DNA of 64,000 nucleotides, taken from NCBI GenBank assembly GCA_963665665.1, contig OY762428.1, positions 3,072,001 through 3,136,000 on the forward strand, given 5' to 3'. Shown piece after piece: positions 1 to 9,449 of this stretch; positions within the stretch are counted from its first letter, which is position 1, and every line of letters starts with the position of its first letter. A model generated the notes under the pieces. It made no database searches. It saw only the letters and a list, made by a program, of their open reading frames with translations, and was not told the origin of the DNA. The position numbers and the translations under genes are program-made. This stretch comes from Candidatus Kapaibacterium sp. Its GTDB lineage: Bacteria > Bacteroidota > Ignavibacteria > Kapaibacteriales > UBA2268.

Positions 1-1
1 G

Positions 2-1015
2 AAGGGTGCCGGCCTGGATAATGTTTTTACAGTACCTAAAGACAAAAACTATCTTGACCTGATGCAGGAAAAACTCCGGGATTCGAAAAAAGTAATTACT
101 ATTGGTGCAGGATTCATAGGTGTTGAAATTTCCGATGAACTGAAAAAAGCAGGGAAAGAAGTTACCCTGATAGAAAAATTGCCGAATATTCTCGGCCTTG
201 CTTTCGATGAAGATATTTCATGCCGTGTTAAAGATATTCTTACAGACAGGAGAGTAAATATTATTACAGGAACCGGAGTAAAAGAAATTGCCGGCGACGG
301 AAAAGTTGAAGCTGTTATTCTTGAAAACGGCGATAAAATTGAAGCTGATGCTGTTATACTTTCTCTTGGCTACAAGCCAAATGTTGAACTGGCTGAAAAA
401 GCCGGCGTAAGAATCAGCAGGCACGGAGCAATTAAGGTTGATGAATACATGAGAACTTACCAGCCTTATATCTTTGCTGTTGGTGATTGTGCTGAAAAGA
501 GAGATTTTGTTACCAGGAAATTCTCGAACGTTATGCTTGCAAGTACAGCCTGCGCAGAAGCAAGGATTGCAGGTATGAATTTCTTCAAACTTTCTGCAAT
601 TAAAACATTCAGCGGGACTATATCAATATTCTCGACAGCTATCGGAGATAACGGATTTGGTGTGGCAGGAATTACTGAAAAGAAAGCTGAAGAAGAAGGC
701 TTCGATTTTGTAACTGGTGTTTTTGAAGGAATTGACAGGCATCCGGGGTCTCTGGCTGATACTCACAAGCAGTTTATTAAGCTGATAGTAGCCAGAGAAT
801 CAGGTGTTATTCTGGGCGGTGAAGTGGCCGGCGGACTTTCGGCAGGCGAACTGACAAATATAATTGGTATTGCAATTCAGAACAGAATGGCAATCAATTC
901 GTTGCTAACTGCACAGATAGGAACTCATCCACTGCTTACAGCTTCTCCGGCTGGATATCCGCTGATTAAAGCTGCTGAAAATGCTGCTGATAAAATTATG
1001 GCTTCTTTCAAATAG
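2..1015 (+). CDS. FAD-dependent pyridine nucleotide-disulfide oxidoreductase (NADH oxidase/CoA-disulfide reductase family), 5'-truncated by window edge
   Basis: GAGFIGVE NAD-binding motif, FAVGDCA FAD motif and C-terminal dimerisation domain; the frame is open from position 2, upstream of the ORF-track start at 62. Confidence 0.85.
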   Translation, partial: KGAGLDNVFTVPKDKNYLDLMQEKLRDSKKVITIGAGFIGVEISDELKKAGKEVTLIEKLPNILGLAFDEDISCRVKDILTDRRVNIITGTGVKEIAGDGKVEAVILENGDKIEADAVILSLGYKPNVELAEKAGVRISRHGAIKVDEYMRTYQPYIFAVGDCAEKRDFVTRKFSNVMLASTACAEARIAGMNFFKLSAIKTFSGTISIFSTAIGDNGFGVAGITEKKAEEEGFDFVTGVFEGIDRHPGSLADTHKQFIKLIVARESGVILGGEVAGGLSAGELTNIIGIAIQNRMAINSLLTAQIGTHPLLTASPAGYPLIKAAENAADKIMASFK

Positions 1016-1028
1016 AAAGGATATTATA

Positions 1029-1967
1029 ATGACTAAACATTTGTTCGGACCTGTTCCTTCCAGAAGACTGGGGGTATCCCTGGGAATTGACCTTGTTCCC
1101 TTGAAATTATGTACTCTTGACTGTATTTACTGCGAGTGCGGGCCTACTGATAAGCTGGCAGTTGCAAGAAGAGAATATGTTTCATACTCGGAAGTGACCG
1201 CCGAACTTGACGAATATATGAATAACAATCCCGAACCTGATTATATTACATTTTCAGGTTCGGGAGAACCTACCCTGAACAGCAGGATAGGCGATATACT
1301 GAATTATATAAAAACAAACTATCCTTCGATACCTGTTGCTGTACTTACAAACGGAACTCTTTTCAACGATCCACAGGTAAGAAGGGAAATTCTGAAAGCC
1401 GATCTTGTATTGCCCTCGCTTGATGCAGCATCTGAAGAATGTTTCAGATTGATAAACCGGCCACATAAATCTCTTTCGGCAGCAAGGCATATTGAAGGGC
1501 TGAAAAATTTCAGGCAGGAATATGAAGGAAAGATATGGCTGGAAGTTTTTATTGCACCGGGGATTAATGACAATAGCGAAGAGATTAATCTGCTGAAAAA
1601 TGCAATTTCAGATATAAAACCCGATTCAGTACAACTAAACACCCTGGACAGGCCCGGAGCTATTGAAGGATTGATGCCATGTTCGGCCAAATGTCTTCAG
1701 AATATTGCTGATACAATTGACTTTCCGGGAACTGAAATAATTGCAGCCCCGGATAGCAGGAAGAAAACCACATCATACAGCGGCAACAAGGAAGAAATAA
1801 TTCTTGAAACCATTGAAAGACGTCCGTGCAGCTTAGAAGATATTTCTTTCCTTACAGGCTTGCATATAAATGATATTAATAAATATCTTGCCGTACTTGA
1901 AAATGCGGAAAAAGTTGAAACTGTAAGGGAAGGAAGAGGAATTTTTTACCGGATTAAAAGAAAATAA
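1029..1967 (+). CDS. Radical SAM protein (FGPVPSRRLG subfamily) with C-terminal HTH-like region
   Basis: CTLDCIYC CxxxCxxC motif and SGSGEPTL; ATG at 1029 preceded by GAAAGGA. Confidence 0.85.
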   Translation: MTKHLFGPVPSRRLGVSLGIDLVPLKLCTLDCIYCECGPTDKLAVARREYVSYSEVTAELDEYMNNNPEPDYITFSGSGEPTLNSRIGDILNYIKTNYPSIPVAVLTNGTLFNDPQVRREILKADLVLPSLDAASEECFRLINRPHKSLSAARHIEGLKNFRQEYEGKIWLEVFIAPGINDNSEEINLLKNAISDIKPDSVQLNTLDRPGAIEGLMPCSAKCLQNIADTIDFPGTEIIAAPDSRKKTTSYSGNKEEIILETIERRPCSLEDISFLTGLHINDINKYLAVLENAEKVETVREGRGIFYRIKRK

Positions 1968-2116
1968 TTATATAATGATTTATATAAGCAATTTTTCATG
2001 ATGCGATTTAATTCTTTATTTGCAATAATATTAGGCAGGAAAACTGTGGGACTGCCTTTCAATTAGAATAATTGCTTCATGAATTGAATTTCCAAAAATG
2101 TTCATTTCCGGGAGGG

Positions 2117-3103
2117 TTATTTTTCATTCCTGAAATCATAATGGAATGTTGACCTTAGTATACCCCTGGAATCAAACCTTTCCTTAAAATATATCAAATT
2201 CATCGAGGGTGTCATAGGGTCTTCAGCAGCTGTATCCTGAGAAACTCCAATATCAACCCAGCCATAGCCGTTCTCGGCTGCCCAGCGGATGGTTTCGTAC
2301 ATTATCAGGTAAACAGGTTTTAGGTGTTCGTATTCATAAAGCAGCATGTTGTAGAAACAAAGAACAACCTTGCTGTTGGTAAGGAAAAGCCAGGAACCGG
2401 CAATAGGCTTGCCCTCGTAATATACAAGCAGGAGCCTTACATTATCAGGCATCAGGTCGCGGAGCTTAAGCATATCTTCGAGCGAATGAGTAGGCTTAAC
2501 ATTATGTTTCTGCTTGTTTTTTATTAATATTTCATTGAAAGTCTCGTAATCTTCACTTACTTCAATAGTTATCTTACCCTCCCTGAGTATCTTGCGAACA
2601 GTTTTCCGGGCTGTCTTGTCGAAATGATCAATAAAATTTTCGCCGTGTTTCAGTTCAATTGAATGTGAAATGTAATGTAACTCAAAACCAAAACGACGGT
2701 ATAGCATCGCGTATTCAATATTCTGTGAATAATTGTGGCTGTAAATAATCGGTTGGGGAATCAGGAACATTTCATCCCATCCCTCGGTTCTACCAAACTC
2801 AATCAATGTATCAACAATATCCTGTGCTGTTCTGTAAGGAATATCTCCGGTAACGATCGATCCGTAACTCGCACCAATAGGCGACCAGAATGATTTACCG
2901 TCATTTTTCATTCCGCCGGGAAGAACTGCGATAAGCTTGCCATTTTTTCGGAACATCAGGTGATTGAAGTCCCAACGTCCGGGTGTGTGATAATCAAGAA
3001 ATGCCTGCTTATGGAACATTGTGCCATTATTAGAAGCGTCAACAAAATCTTCCCATTCCTGCCTGTTTTCGGGTTTATATTTTTCAATAATAATATTATT
3101 CAT
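2117..3103 (-). CDS. GNAT family N-acetyltransferase (FemAB-like/BioF2-like)
   Basis: N-terminal WEDFVDASNNGTMFH...FLDYH and C-terminal WVDIGVS...LIYFKERF, typical of FemAB-related GNATs. Confidence 0.7.
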   Translation of the reverse strand: MNNIIIEKYKPENRQEWEDFVDASNNGTMFHKQAFLDYHTPGRWDFNHLMFRKNGKLIAVLPGGMKNDGKSFWSPIGASYGSIVTGDIPYRTAQDIVDTLIEFGRTEGWDEMFLIPQPIIYSHNYSQNIEYAMLYRRFGFELHYISHSIELKHGENFIDHFDKTARKTVRKILREGKITIEVSEDYETFNEILIKNKQKHNVKPTHSLEDMLKLRDLMPDNVRLLLVYYEGKPIAGSWLFLTNSKVVLCFYNMLLYEYEHLKPVYLIMYETIRWAAENGYGWVDIGVSQDTAAEDPMTPSMNLIYFKERFDSRGILRSTFHYDFRNEK

Positions 3104-3322
3104 AACTATACCGGTATTACTACTTCTTTTCTATTAGCAAAATTAACCAATTTAATTGATAATAACGAACAGGGACGCAAAAAAGCTTTGGATCAGATTT
3201 GTTATACCTTCGAATCATTTCAAAATTTCATTATATCCTGAGATAAGATAAAGCAAAACGAAAACTATAACATTGTTTCAATTTTCTTTCCAAACACAGA
3301 TATTATCAAATTTATTAACAAT

Positions 3323-4138
3323 CTATATTGATAAACTCTGAATTATCTTCTCACAACCACCTGATTTAATATATTCACTATGTTCCTGAACCGACTTGAA
3401 TTTCTTATTACAAATATTGCTGCACATCATTTCGAAATCCGAAGCCTTATAAAAAGCTTCAATAGTTTTTGATGCAGCAGGGTTGGGATATGTTTTCTCG
3501 TCAGGATTATCTTCAAGGAATTTTTTTGTATTATACCAAATTGCAGCGCTAAGTGCGCCACAGGCATTACCGCTCAGGCCAAGGCCACCTGCAAAACCGG
3601 CAACAGTCATTTGTTCCTCTTTACTTGCTCCCATTTTTTTTAATACCTCGGAAGCACAACTCAGCGATTCAGAATTGCTATAAGTTTTGTTATTGCAAAG
3701 GCTTTCTTTGGCTGTATTGATAGCTTCCCCGGCCCATTTACCGGCATGGCTGAAACAAGACCTGGCTTTGAAAATTATAAATTTAACAAATTGGAATTTA
3801 CTGCTGAAATCAGTCTGGGTAATATCCGAGCAGTCAACTGTTCCGTGTTTTTTGTGGAAAGAAGACAATAATTCTTTAGCAGCTCCAACAGATAATTCAA
3901 TTGCTTTTGATCTATCATTCTCTATTTTAAATGCCTGCCGTCCGGCTGCCATGGATGCCCCCCATATCATACCACATTGGTAGCCCTGCTGCATAATACC
4001 GCCGGCAAGAGGGTCTGCTGCTTTTTCCCAATCTTCTTTGGTATTACCGAACTCTTTATCGAGGATATGAAAATAAGTAGCGGAACAGGCTCCGAATTTT
4101 CTGAATGTTTTTTTTGTTTCTTTTTCAATCGATTTCAA
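3323..4138 (-). CDS. C_GCAxxG_C_C family putative redox protein, tandem two-domain form
   Basis: Two copies of the pattern (C...CGMIWG...C...C and C...CGALSA...C...C). Confidence 0.7.
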   Translation of the reverse strand: MKSIEKETKKTFRKFGACSATYFHILDKEFGNTKEDWEKAADPLAGGIMQQGYQCGMIWGASMAAGRQAFKIENDRSKAIELSVGAAKELLSSFHKKHGTVDCSDITQTDFSSKFQFVKFIIFKARSCFSHAGKWAGEAINTAKESLCNNKTYSNSESLSCASEVLKKMGASKEEQMTVAGFAGGLGLSGNACGALSAAIWYNTKKFLEDNPDEKTYPNPAASKTIEAFYKASDFEMMCSNICNKKFKSVQEHSEYIKSGGCEKIIQSLSI

Positions 4139-4531
4139 ACGATTACTCCTGTTTGATCAAATAAATTAAAGTGTCAGATGATATACGATATTAATAATTT
4201 CCGGTTTCAAATGAAAAAATTTTGAAAAGATATTTGTGTTTATAGTATTGAATTCCGGAAATTAAGATAACTATTGATGGATTATAAAACCTGTATTATT
4301 AAACCTTTAAGATTTATAATTTGAATAAACTGAAAATCACCTCCTCGTCAATATTTATCCATGATTTACGTTAGGTTATCCTGTAGCAAAATATTATTAT
4401 ATAAAGGCCATATTATTGTCTAATAATGCAAACAAGATTCTGAAATCTGGAAAAATTTGCTTAATTTTGTAATATATGAATAATATTACTGTTTTTAATT
4501 TTATTCGAAACCTGTTTTTGTTCATAGATTA

Positions 4532-6013
4532 ATGGCTGGAATTATGAATGATAAAAAGATAATCGGCAAAGGTATTACCTATGATGACGTTCTCCTGGTA
4601 CCGAATTTCTCGGAAATTCTGCCCAGGGAAACCGATGTTTCGACAAGGCTTACGAAAAAAATAAGGCTGAACATTCCTTTGCTCAGCGCTGCAATGGATA
4701 CCGTAACTGAAGCGAGAATGGCTATTGCTATTGCCCGGGAAGGCGGAATTGGTGTAGTGCATAAGAACTTGAACATAAAAGCGCAGGCTGCTGTTGTTGA
4801 CAGGGTAAAAAGGTCGGAAAGCGGAATGATAACAAAACCCATTACTCTTACTTGCGACAAACTTGTTAAGGATGCAATGGCCCTTATGGAACAATTCCAT
4901 ATATCAGGAATTCCGATTGTTGACGACAACAGGAAACTTATTGGTATTATTACGAACAGGGACCTCAGATTTAGTCCTGATCCTAACCAGTTAATCAAAG
5001 AAGCAATGACTTCCGGGAATCTTCATACAGCTCCCGTGGGTACAACTCTTGAAGAAGCCGAGAAAATACTTCAGCAGCACAGGATAGAAAAACTTCCTGT
5101 TGTTGATGAAAATTTTATACTGAAAGGCTTAATAACTGTAAAGGACGTTCAGAAGAAAAAGAAACACCCGAATGCCTGCAAAGACGAGCAGGGACGATTA
5201 CGTGTTGCGGCGGCTGTCGGGGTTTCTCCTGATACATACGAGAGAATTGATGCTCTTGTGGATGCAGGTGTGGATGCAATATTTGTTGATACTGCACACG
5301 GGCATTCCGTGAAAGTTATTGAAACTGTAGCTATTGTGAAGAAGAAATTTCCTGATCTACAGGTAGTTGCCGGTAATATTGCAACTTCTGAAGCTGCAGA
5401 TGCCCTGATTAATGCCGGCGCCGACGGCCTTAAAGTCGGTATCGGCCCCGGATCTATCTGCACAACCAGGATAATTGCCGGTGTTGGTGTACCACAACTA
5501 ACAGCCATTATGAATGTTACTTCTGTTGCAAGTAAAGCCGGTATTCCGGTTATTGCCGACGGAGGTATAAAGCAAACAGGGGATATTGCCAAAGCTATTG
5601 CAGCAGGCGCTGACTCTGTTATGATTGGCAGTATGTTTGCCGGGCACGATGAAAGCCCCGGAGAAAAAGTGCTTTACGAAGGAAGGGCATACAAAATGTA
5701 TCGCGGTATGGGGTCGCTTGATGCTATGAGCAAAGGATCTGCCGACAGATATTTCCAGGATGTTGAAGAAGAAATTTCAAAATTCGTTCCCGAAGGTATT
5801 GAAGGCAGAGTTCCGTTCAAGGGAAAAGTTGCCGATACATTATACCAGATTATCGGCGGATTACGCTCCTCTATGGGGTATTTGGGATGCAAGACTGTAG
5901 ATGACATGAAAGAAAAGGCTACTTTCGTTCAGATTAGTGCCGCATCTCTCAGGGAATCCCACCCCCATGACGTTACTATTACAAAAGAGTCACCAAATTA
6001 CTATGTTAAATAA
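4532..6013 (+). CDS. guaB: Inosine-5'-monophosphate dehydrogenase with CBS pair (start may be 4544)
   Basis: [16 protein letters not shown], catalytic [17 protein letters not shown] and PEGIEG motifs. Confidence 0.98.
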   Translation: MAGIMNDKKIIGKGITYDDVLLVPNFSEILPRETDVSTRLTKKIRLNIPLLSAAMDTVTEARMAIAIAREGGIGVVHKNLNIKAQAAVVDRVKRSESGMITKPITLTCDKLVKDAMALMEQFHISGIPIVDDNRKLIGIITNRDLRFSPDPNQLIKEAMTSGNLHTAPVGTTLEEAEKILQQHRIEKLPVVDENFILKGLITVKDVQKKKKHPNACKDEQGRLRVAAAVGVSPDTYERIDALVDAGVDAIFVDTAHGHSVKVIETVAIVKKKFPDLQVVAGNIATSEAADALINAGADGLKVGIGPGSICTTRIIAGVGVPQLTAIMNVTSVASKAGIPVIADGGIKQTGDIAKAIAAGADSVMIGSMFAGHDESPGEKVLYEGRAYKMYRGMGSLDAMSKGSADRYFQDVEEEISKFVPEGIEGRVPFKGKVADTLYQIIGGLRSSMGYLGCKTVDDMKEKATFVQISAASLRESHPHDVTITKESPNYYVK

Positions 6014-6027
6014 AAAACGAATATATC

Positions 6028-7197
6028 ATGGCTAAAAAAACAACCACGAAGAAAACTACAACAAAGAAAACAGCCAAAAGCGAAACTTCCGAGATTAAAA
6101 GGCAGCCTTGTCCACAAATTGCAGACCGCCGCCTGGAGCAGATAAAGTTTACTATGGAAGACCTAAAGGTTGATGCTATGGTTGTAACATTTTTGCCAAA
6201 TATCAGGTATTTGTCAAATTTCTCAGGCTCGGCAGGAACATTATTTGTTAAGCCTGATTCAATTCACTTCCTGACTGATGACAGATACGAAGAGCAGATT
6301 AAAACAGAACTATACGATTTGCCTAACCTTCATACCTATATTACAAGAGATGTATGGAAAACAGCTAAGGAAAAGAAGATACTTAAAGGTATCGGTTCAT
6401 TAGGTTTTGAAGCTGACAGTATGCCGTACAGCGAAGCAGTTGATATCAGGAACAAGATCAGGCCGGTTAAATTCAAACCGGCTCCCGACGAGATAGAACG
6501 TTTTAACAGGCCAAAATCTCCGGAAGAGCTGGAAAGCATTAAAGCAGCTACTGATATGGCTGTTGCCGTATATGAAAAAATGCTGACAATTATCAAACCG
6601 GGTATGACTGAAAAAGAGATTGCCGCTGAAATTTCGTACCAGGGACGCCTGATGGGTTCCGAAGGTGATGCTTTTGATATTATTGCTGTTAGCGGCCCGC
6701 GTTCTGCTCTTGTTCATGGCCAGCCAAGCGACAAGAAACTAAAGAAAAATGAAATACTCCTGCTTGATTTTGGCTGTATTGTAAATGGATTCCACTCGGA
6801 TATTACACGTACAATTGCTATCGGAAAAGCAACAAAAGAACAGCAGAAGATCTATTCTATACTGAGAAAAGCACAGAAGAACGCAATTGCACAGATCAGG
6901 CCCGGAATGAACGGTAAGCTGCTTGATAAAGCTGCCAGGGATGTGATCAAAGATGCCGGTTACGGCGACAACTTCCAGCATTCCCTTGGCCACGGTATCG
7001 GGCTGCAAACTCATGAGCATCCGATAATCACTTTCAGGATGGATGAAGAAATTATTCCCGAGGATGCAGTTCTTGCGATCGAACCTGGCATTTATCTTCC
7101 TGATAAATTCGGTATGAGAGTAGAAGATGATGTCCTTGTTACAAGAAACGGCGGTATTCAGCTTTCTGATGCTCCGGATGAAATTGTAGTAATATAA
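6028..7197 (+). CDS. Xaa-Pro aminopeptidase / M24 family peptidase
   Basis: Creatinase-N domain (NIRYLSNFSGS, TDDRY) and M24 metal ligands DFG..SDITRT, HSLGHGIGLQTHE, IEPGIY, RVEDD. Confidence 0.92.
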   Translation: MAKKTTTKKTTTKKTAKSETSEIKRQPCPQIADRRLEQIKFTMEDLKVDAMVVTFLPNIRYLSNFSGSAGTLFVKPDSIHFLTDDRYEEQIKTELYDLPNLHTYITRDVWKTAKEKKILKGIGSLGFEADSMPYSEAVDIRNKIRPVKFKPAPDEIERFNRPKSPEELESIKAATDMAVAVYEKMLTIIKPGMTEKEIAAEISYQGRLMGSEGDAFDIIAVSGPRSALVHGQPSDKKLKKNEILLLDFGCIVNGFHSDITRTIAIGKATKEQQKIYSILRKAQKNAIAQIRPGMNGKLLDKAARDVIKDAGYGDNFQHSLGHGIGLQTHEHPIITFRMDEEIIPEDAVLAIEPGIYLPDKFGMRVEDDVLVTRNGGIQLSDAPDEIVVI

Positions 7198-7224
7198 ATT
7201 GATTATAATTAATGATCGAAATAT

Positions 7225-7254
7225 AAAAGCCCCTGTAATTCGGGGCTTTTTTTT
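7225..7254 (+). terminator. Rho-independent terminator after guaB-peptidase operon
   Basis: AAAAGCCCC-loop-GGGGCTTTTTTTT. Confidence 0.8.
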
Positions 7255-7317
7255 ATTAATTTTGCCTTACCGGACAAATGGTAAGAAAAATTTGTTAATT
7301 AAATTATAGCTGATACA

Positions 7318-8052
7318 ATGATCTATTTTTTTTCAGATGTTCATCTGGGGCACGAAAACGAGGAAAAAAACAAACAGGTGGAAGACTTGCTGATAAACTT
7401 CCTGAGGAAGGCTGCCACTGATTGTAAGAAATTGATCATACTCGGCGACCTGTTTGACTACTGGTTCGAATATAAAACTGTTATTCCCAGGATATATACC
7501 CGCACACTTGCCCAATTGCTGCGAATGAGGGAGTCAGGAATTGAAATATATTATATCATCGGGAACCATGATTTCGGGCATATTGATTTTTTTGAAAAGG
7601 ATATGGGGATGGTGCTTTTCAAAGATGATACTGAGATGACTTTTTCCGGAAAGAAATTTTTCCTGAGCCATGGGGATGGTAAGCTTTACAACGATAAAGG
7701 GTATGAGATTTTAAAGAAGATATTGCGCAATCCGCTTGCTCAATGGCTTTACAGGCAGATACACCCGGACTGGGGTATAGGGCTGGCCTCGGGGTCTTCA
7801 CGGAAAAGCCGTAATTATACCAGCAGGAAAAATCAGGGCAGAAGAGACGGCCTTAGGGATTTTGCAATTAAAAAAATTGACGAAGGTTATGATTACGTGC
7901 TGATGGGGCATACCCACAATGCCGAGAAAATCGACCATAGCAGAGGGATATATATCAATACAGGATGCTTCTTCAGAGATCCGACATTTGCCAGGTTTGA
8001 CGGAAAAGATTTATATCTTGAAAAAGTTGATGATTTCCTCGCTGAAAGCTGA
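7318..8052 (+). CDS. lpxH: UDP-2,3-diacylglucosamine diphosphatase
   Basis: Metallophosphoesterase motifs SDVHLG, LGDLFDYW, GNHD, HGD, GHTH. Confidence 0.85.
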   Translation: MIYFFSDVHLGHENEEKNKQVEDLLINFLRKAATDCKKLIILGDLFDYWFEYKTVIPRIYTRTLAQLLRMRESGIEIYYIIGNHDFGHIDFFEKDMGMVLFKDDTEMTFSGKKFFLSHGDGKLYNDKGYEILKKILRNPLAQWLYRQIHPDWGIGLASGSSRKSRNYTSRKNQGRRDGLRDFAIKKIDEGYDYVLMGHTHNAEKIDHSRGIYINTGCFFRDPTFARFDGKDLYLEKVDDFLAES

Positions 8053-8077
8053 GTGCTCCCGAAAATGATCTATTCAG

Positions 8078-8120
8078 AAAAAAAAACCCGAAAACCGGCA
8101 GCCGGCTTTCGGGTTTATTT
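8078..8120. terminator. Bidirectional terminator between convergent lpxH and susD
   Basis: A-tract, AAACCCGAAA.CCGGC/GCCGG.TTTCGGGTTT stem, T-rich tail. Confidence 0.7.
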
Positions 8121-8136
8121 TCAGGAGAAATAAAGA

Positions 8137-9420
8137 TTAATCAAAGTTTGGATTTACTTTTCTCTCGTCATTACTTATGGGGAAGCGTTGCCATGTGGCA
8201 TTAATATCTAAGTGCCATTTGTCGAAACGGCGCTGGTCGATAAGGCGCATACCTGTAAAGCACAATGTTTTATCTCTTTCCACATATAGCAGTTCGAGAT
8301 AATCTCCGGCGTAATCATTTGTTACATCATCAGCGCTAAGAGCATCAATACCATAAGAAGTTCTTATTGTGTTGATGATATCTAATCCGGTTTCGTTATT
8401 ACCGTCGCGAATCTCGATCTCGGCTTTCATCAGTTCGTTTTCCTGCCAGGAAAGGAAGTTAAGAGGAGAGCTCATATCAAGATATTTTGCCTGCTGATAA
8501 TATACTCCGGAATCAGATACAATTGATGATGCTGGTATTTCATAGATCATCACCCTGTTTGCTTCGTTGGGGTCTGCTTCGATATAATCAAAGAAACGGC
8601 TTGAAGCATAGAACTGTGTTCTTCCGGGGCCTGCCCAGTAGTACCAGTAGTTATTCAGAATGGTGTTATACAGAGCGTCAAATCCCGCATCTCCCTGTGC
8701 AAGGCCCATATCAGCTGCTGTTTTAGCATCTGCATAGTTACCCTGGATAAGAAGAATCCTTGCTTTCATTGTGTAGGCCAGTTTGGCCTGTGATTCGTCA
8801 GCATAAGTAATTGCCATATCCAGCCTGCTGACAGCGTCTGCGTACATATCTGTAGCAGGTATATAAGGACTCAGGTTAATAACACCGCCACCGCCGTCCC
8901 GAGGTTCAAGACACCAGTATGCACCCCAGATATAGCGTGCAACAGCGCCGAAGAAATATGCATTGAAAAGGCCGTTGTTCTTAATAGCCATTTCGTCTTC
9001 TGTAAATGTTATCCTGTTCTCGATCCTTTCAACAAGTGTATCAGCATAAAGCCTGAGCTGTGCAAGTTCATCCATAATATCTTCGGTTGAATTGTTCTGG
9101 GATACAAGAGGATTTGTTCCGCCTGTTTCAGCCAGGTCCAGAGCTTCGAAAGTCGGGTAAGTAGCCTGCTGAATATCCCTGGTAAATGCTAATTCATCAG
9201 ACATGCCGCCGGCATAAATTGAAGTTTCATCCCAAACAACTGAAAATGAATTTTTCACACCGGTAACAAGGAATTCAACGTCCCCCGGAGTGTTCAGGTT
9301 GTCATCGCCGACATCGTTTATCGGTTGTTCTATATCATTAACCCAATCGTTACATGCGGAAAGTGAAAGCATAACCGCCAGAACGATAATCAAGGGATAT
9401 TTAAAAGATATTTTTATCAT
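8137..9420 (-). CDS. SusD/RagB family outer-membrane lipoprotein
   Basis: Lipobox LSAC; C-terminal LMKAE...INTIR...ER...GMRLIDQRRF...PIS..E...NPN SusD motifs; directly downstream of SusC. Confidence 0.88.
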   Translation of the reverse strand: MIKISFKYPLIIVLAVMLSLSACNDWVNDIEQPINDVGDDNLNTPGDVEFLVTGVKNSFSVVWDETSIYAGGMSDELAFTRDIQQATYPTFEALDLAETGGTNPLVSQNNSTEDIMDELAQLRLYADTLVERIENRITFTEDEMAIKNNGLFNAYFFGAVARYIWGAYWCLEPRDGGGGVINLSPYIPATDMYADAVSRLDMAITYADESQAKLAYTMKARILLIQGNYADAKTAADMGLAQGDAGFDALYNTILNNYWYYWAGPGRTQFYASSRFFDYIEADPNEANRVMIYEIPASSIVSDSGVYYQQAKYLDMSSPLNFLSWQENELMKAEIEIRDGNNETGLDIINTIRTSYGIDALSADDVTNDYAGDYLELLYVERDKTLCFTGMRLIDQRRFDKWHLDINATWQRFPISNDERKVNPNFD

Positions 9421-9449
9421 AATTATCTCCGAATTTTTTTACTTTTTTA

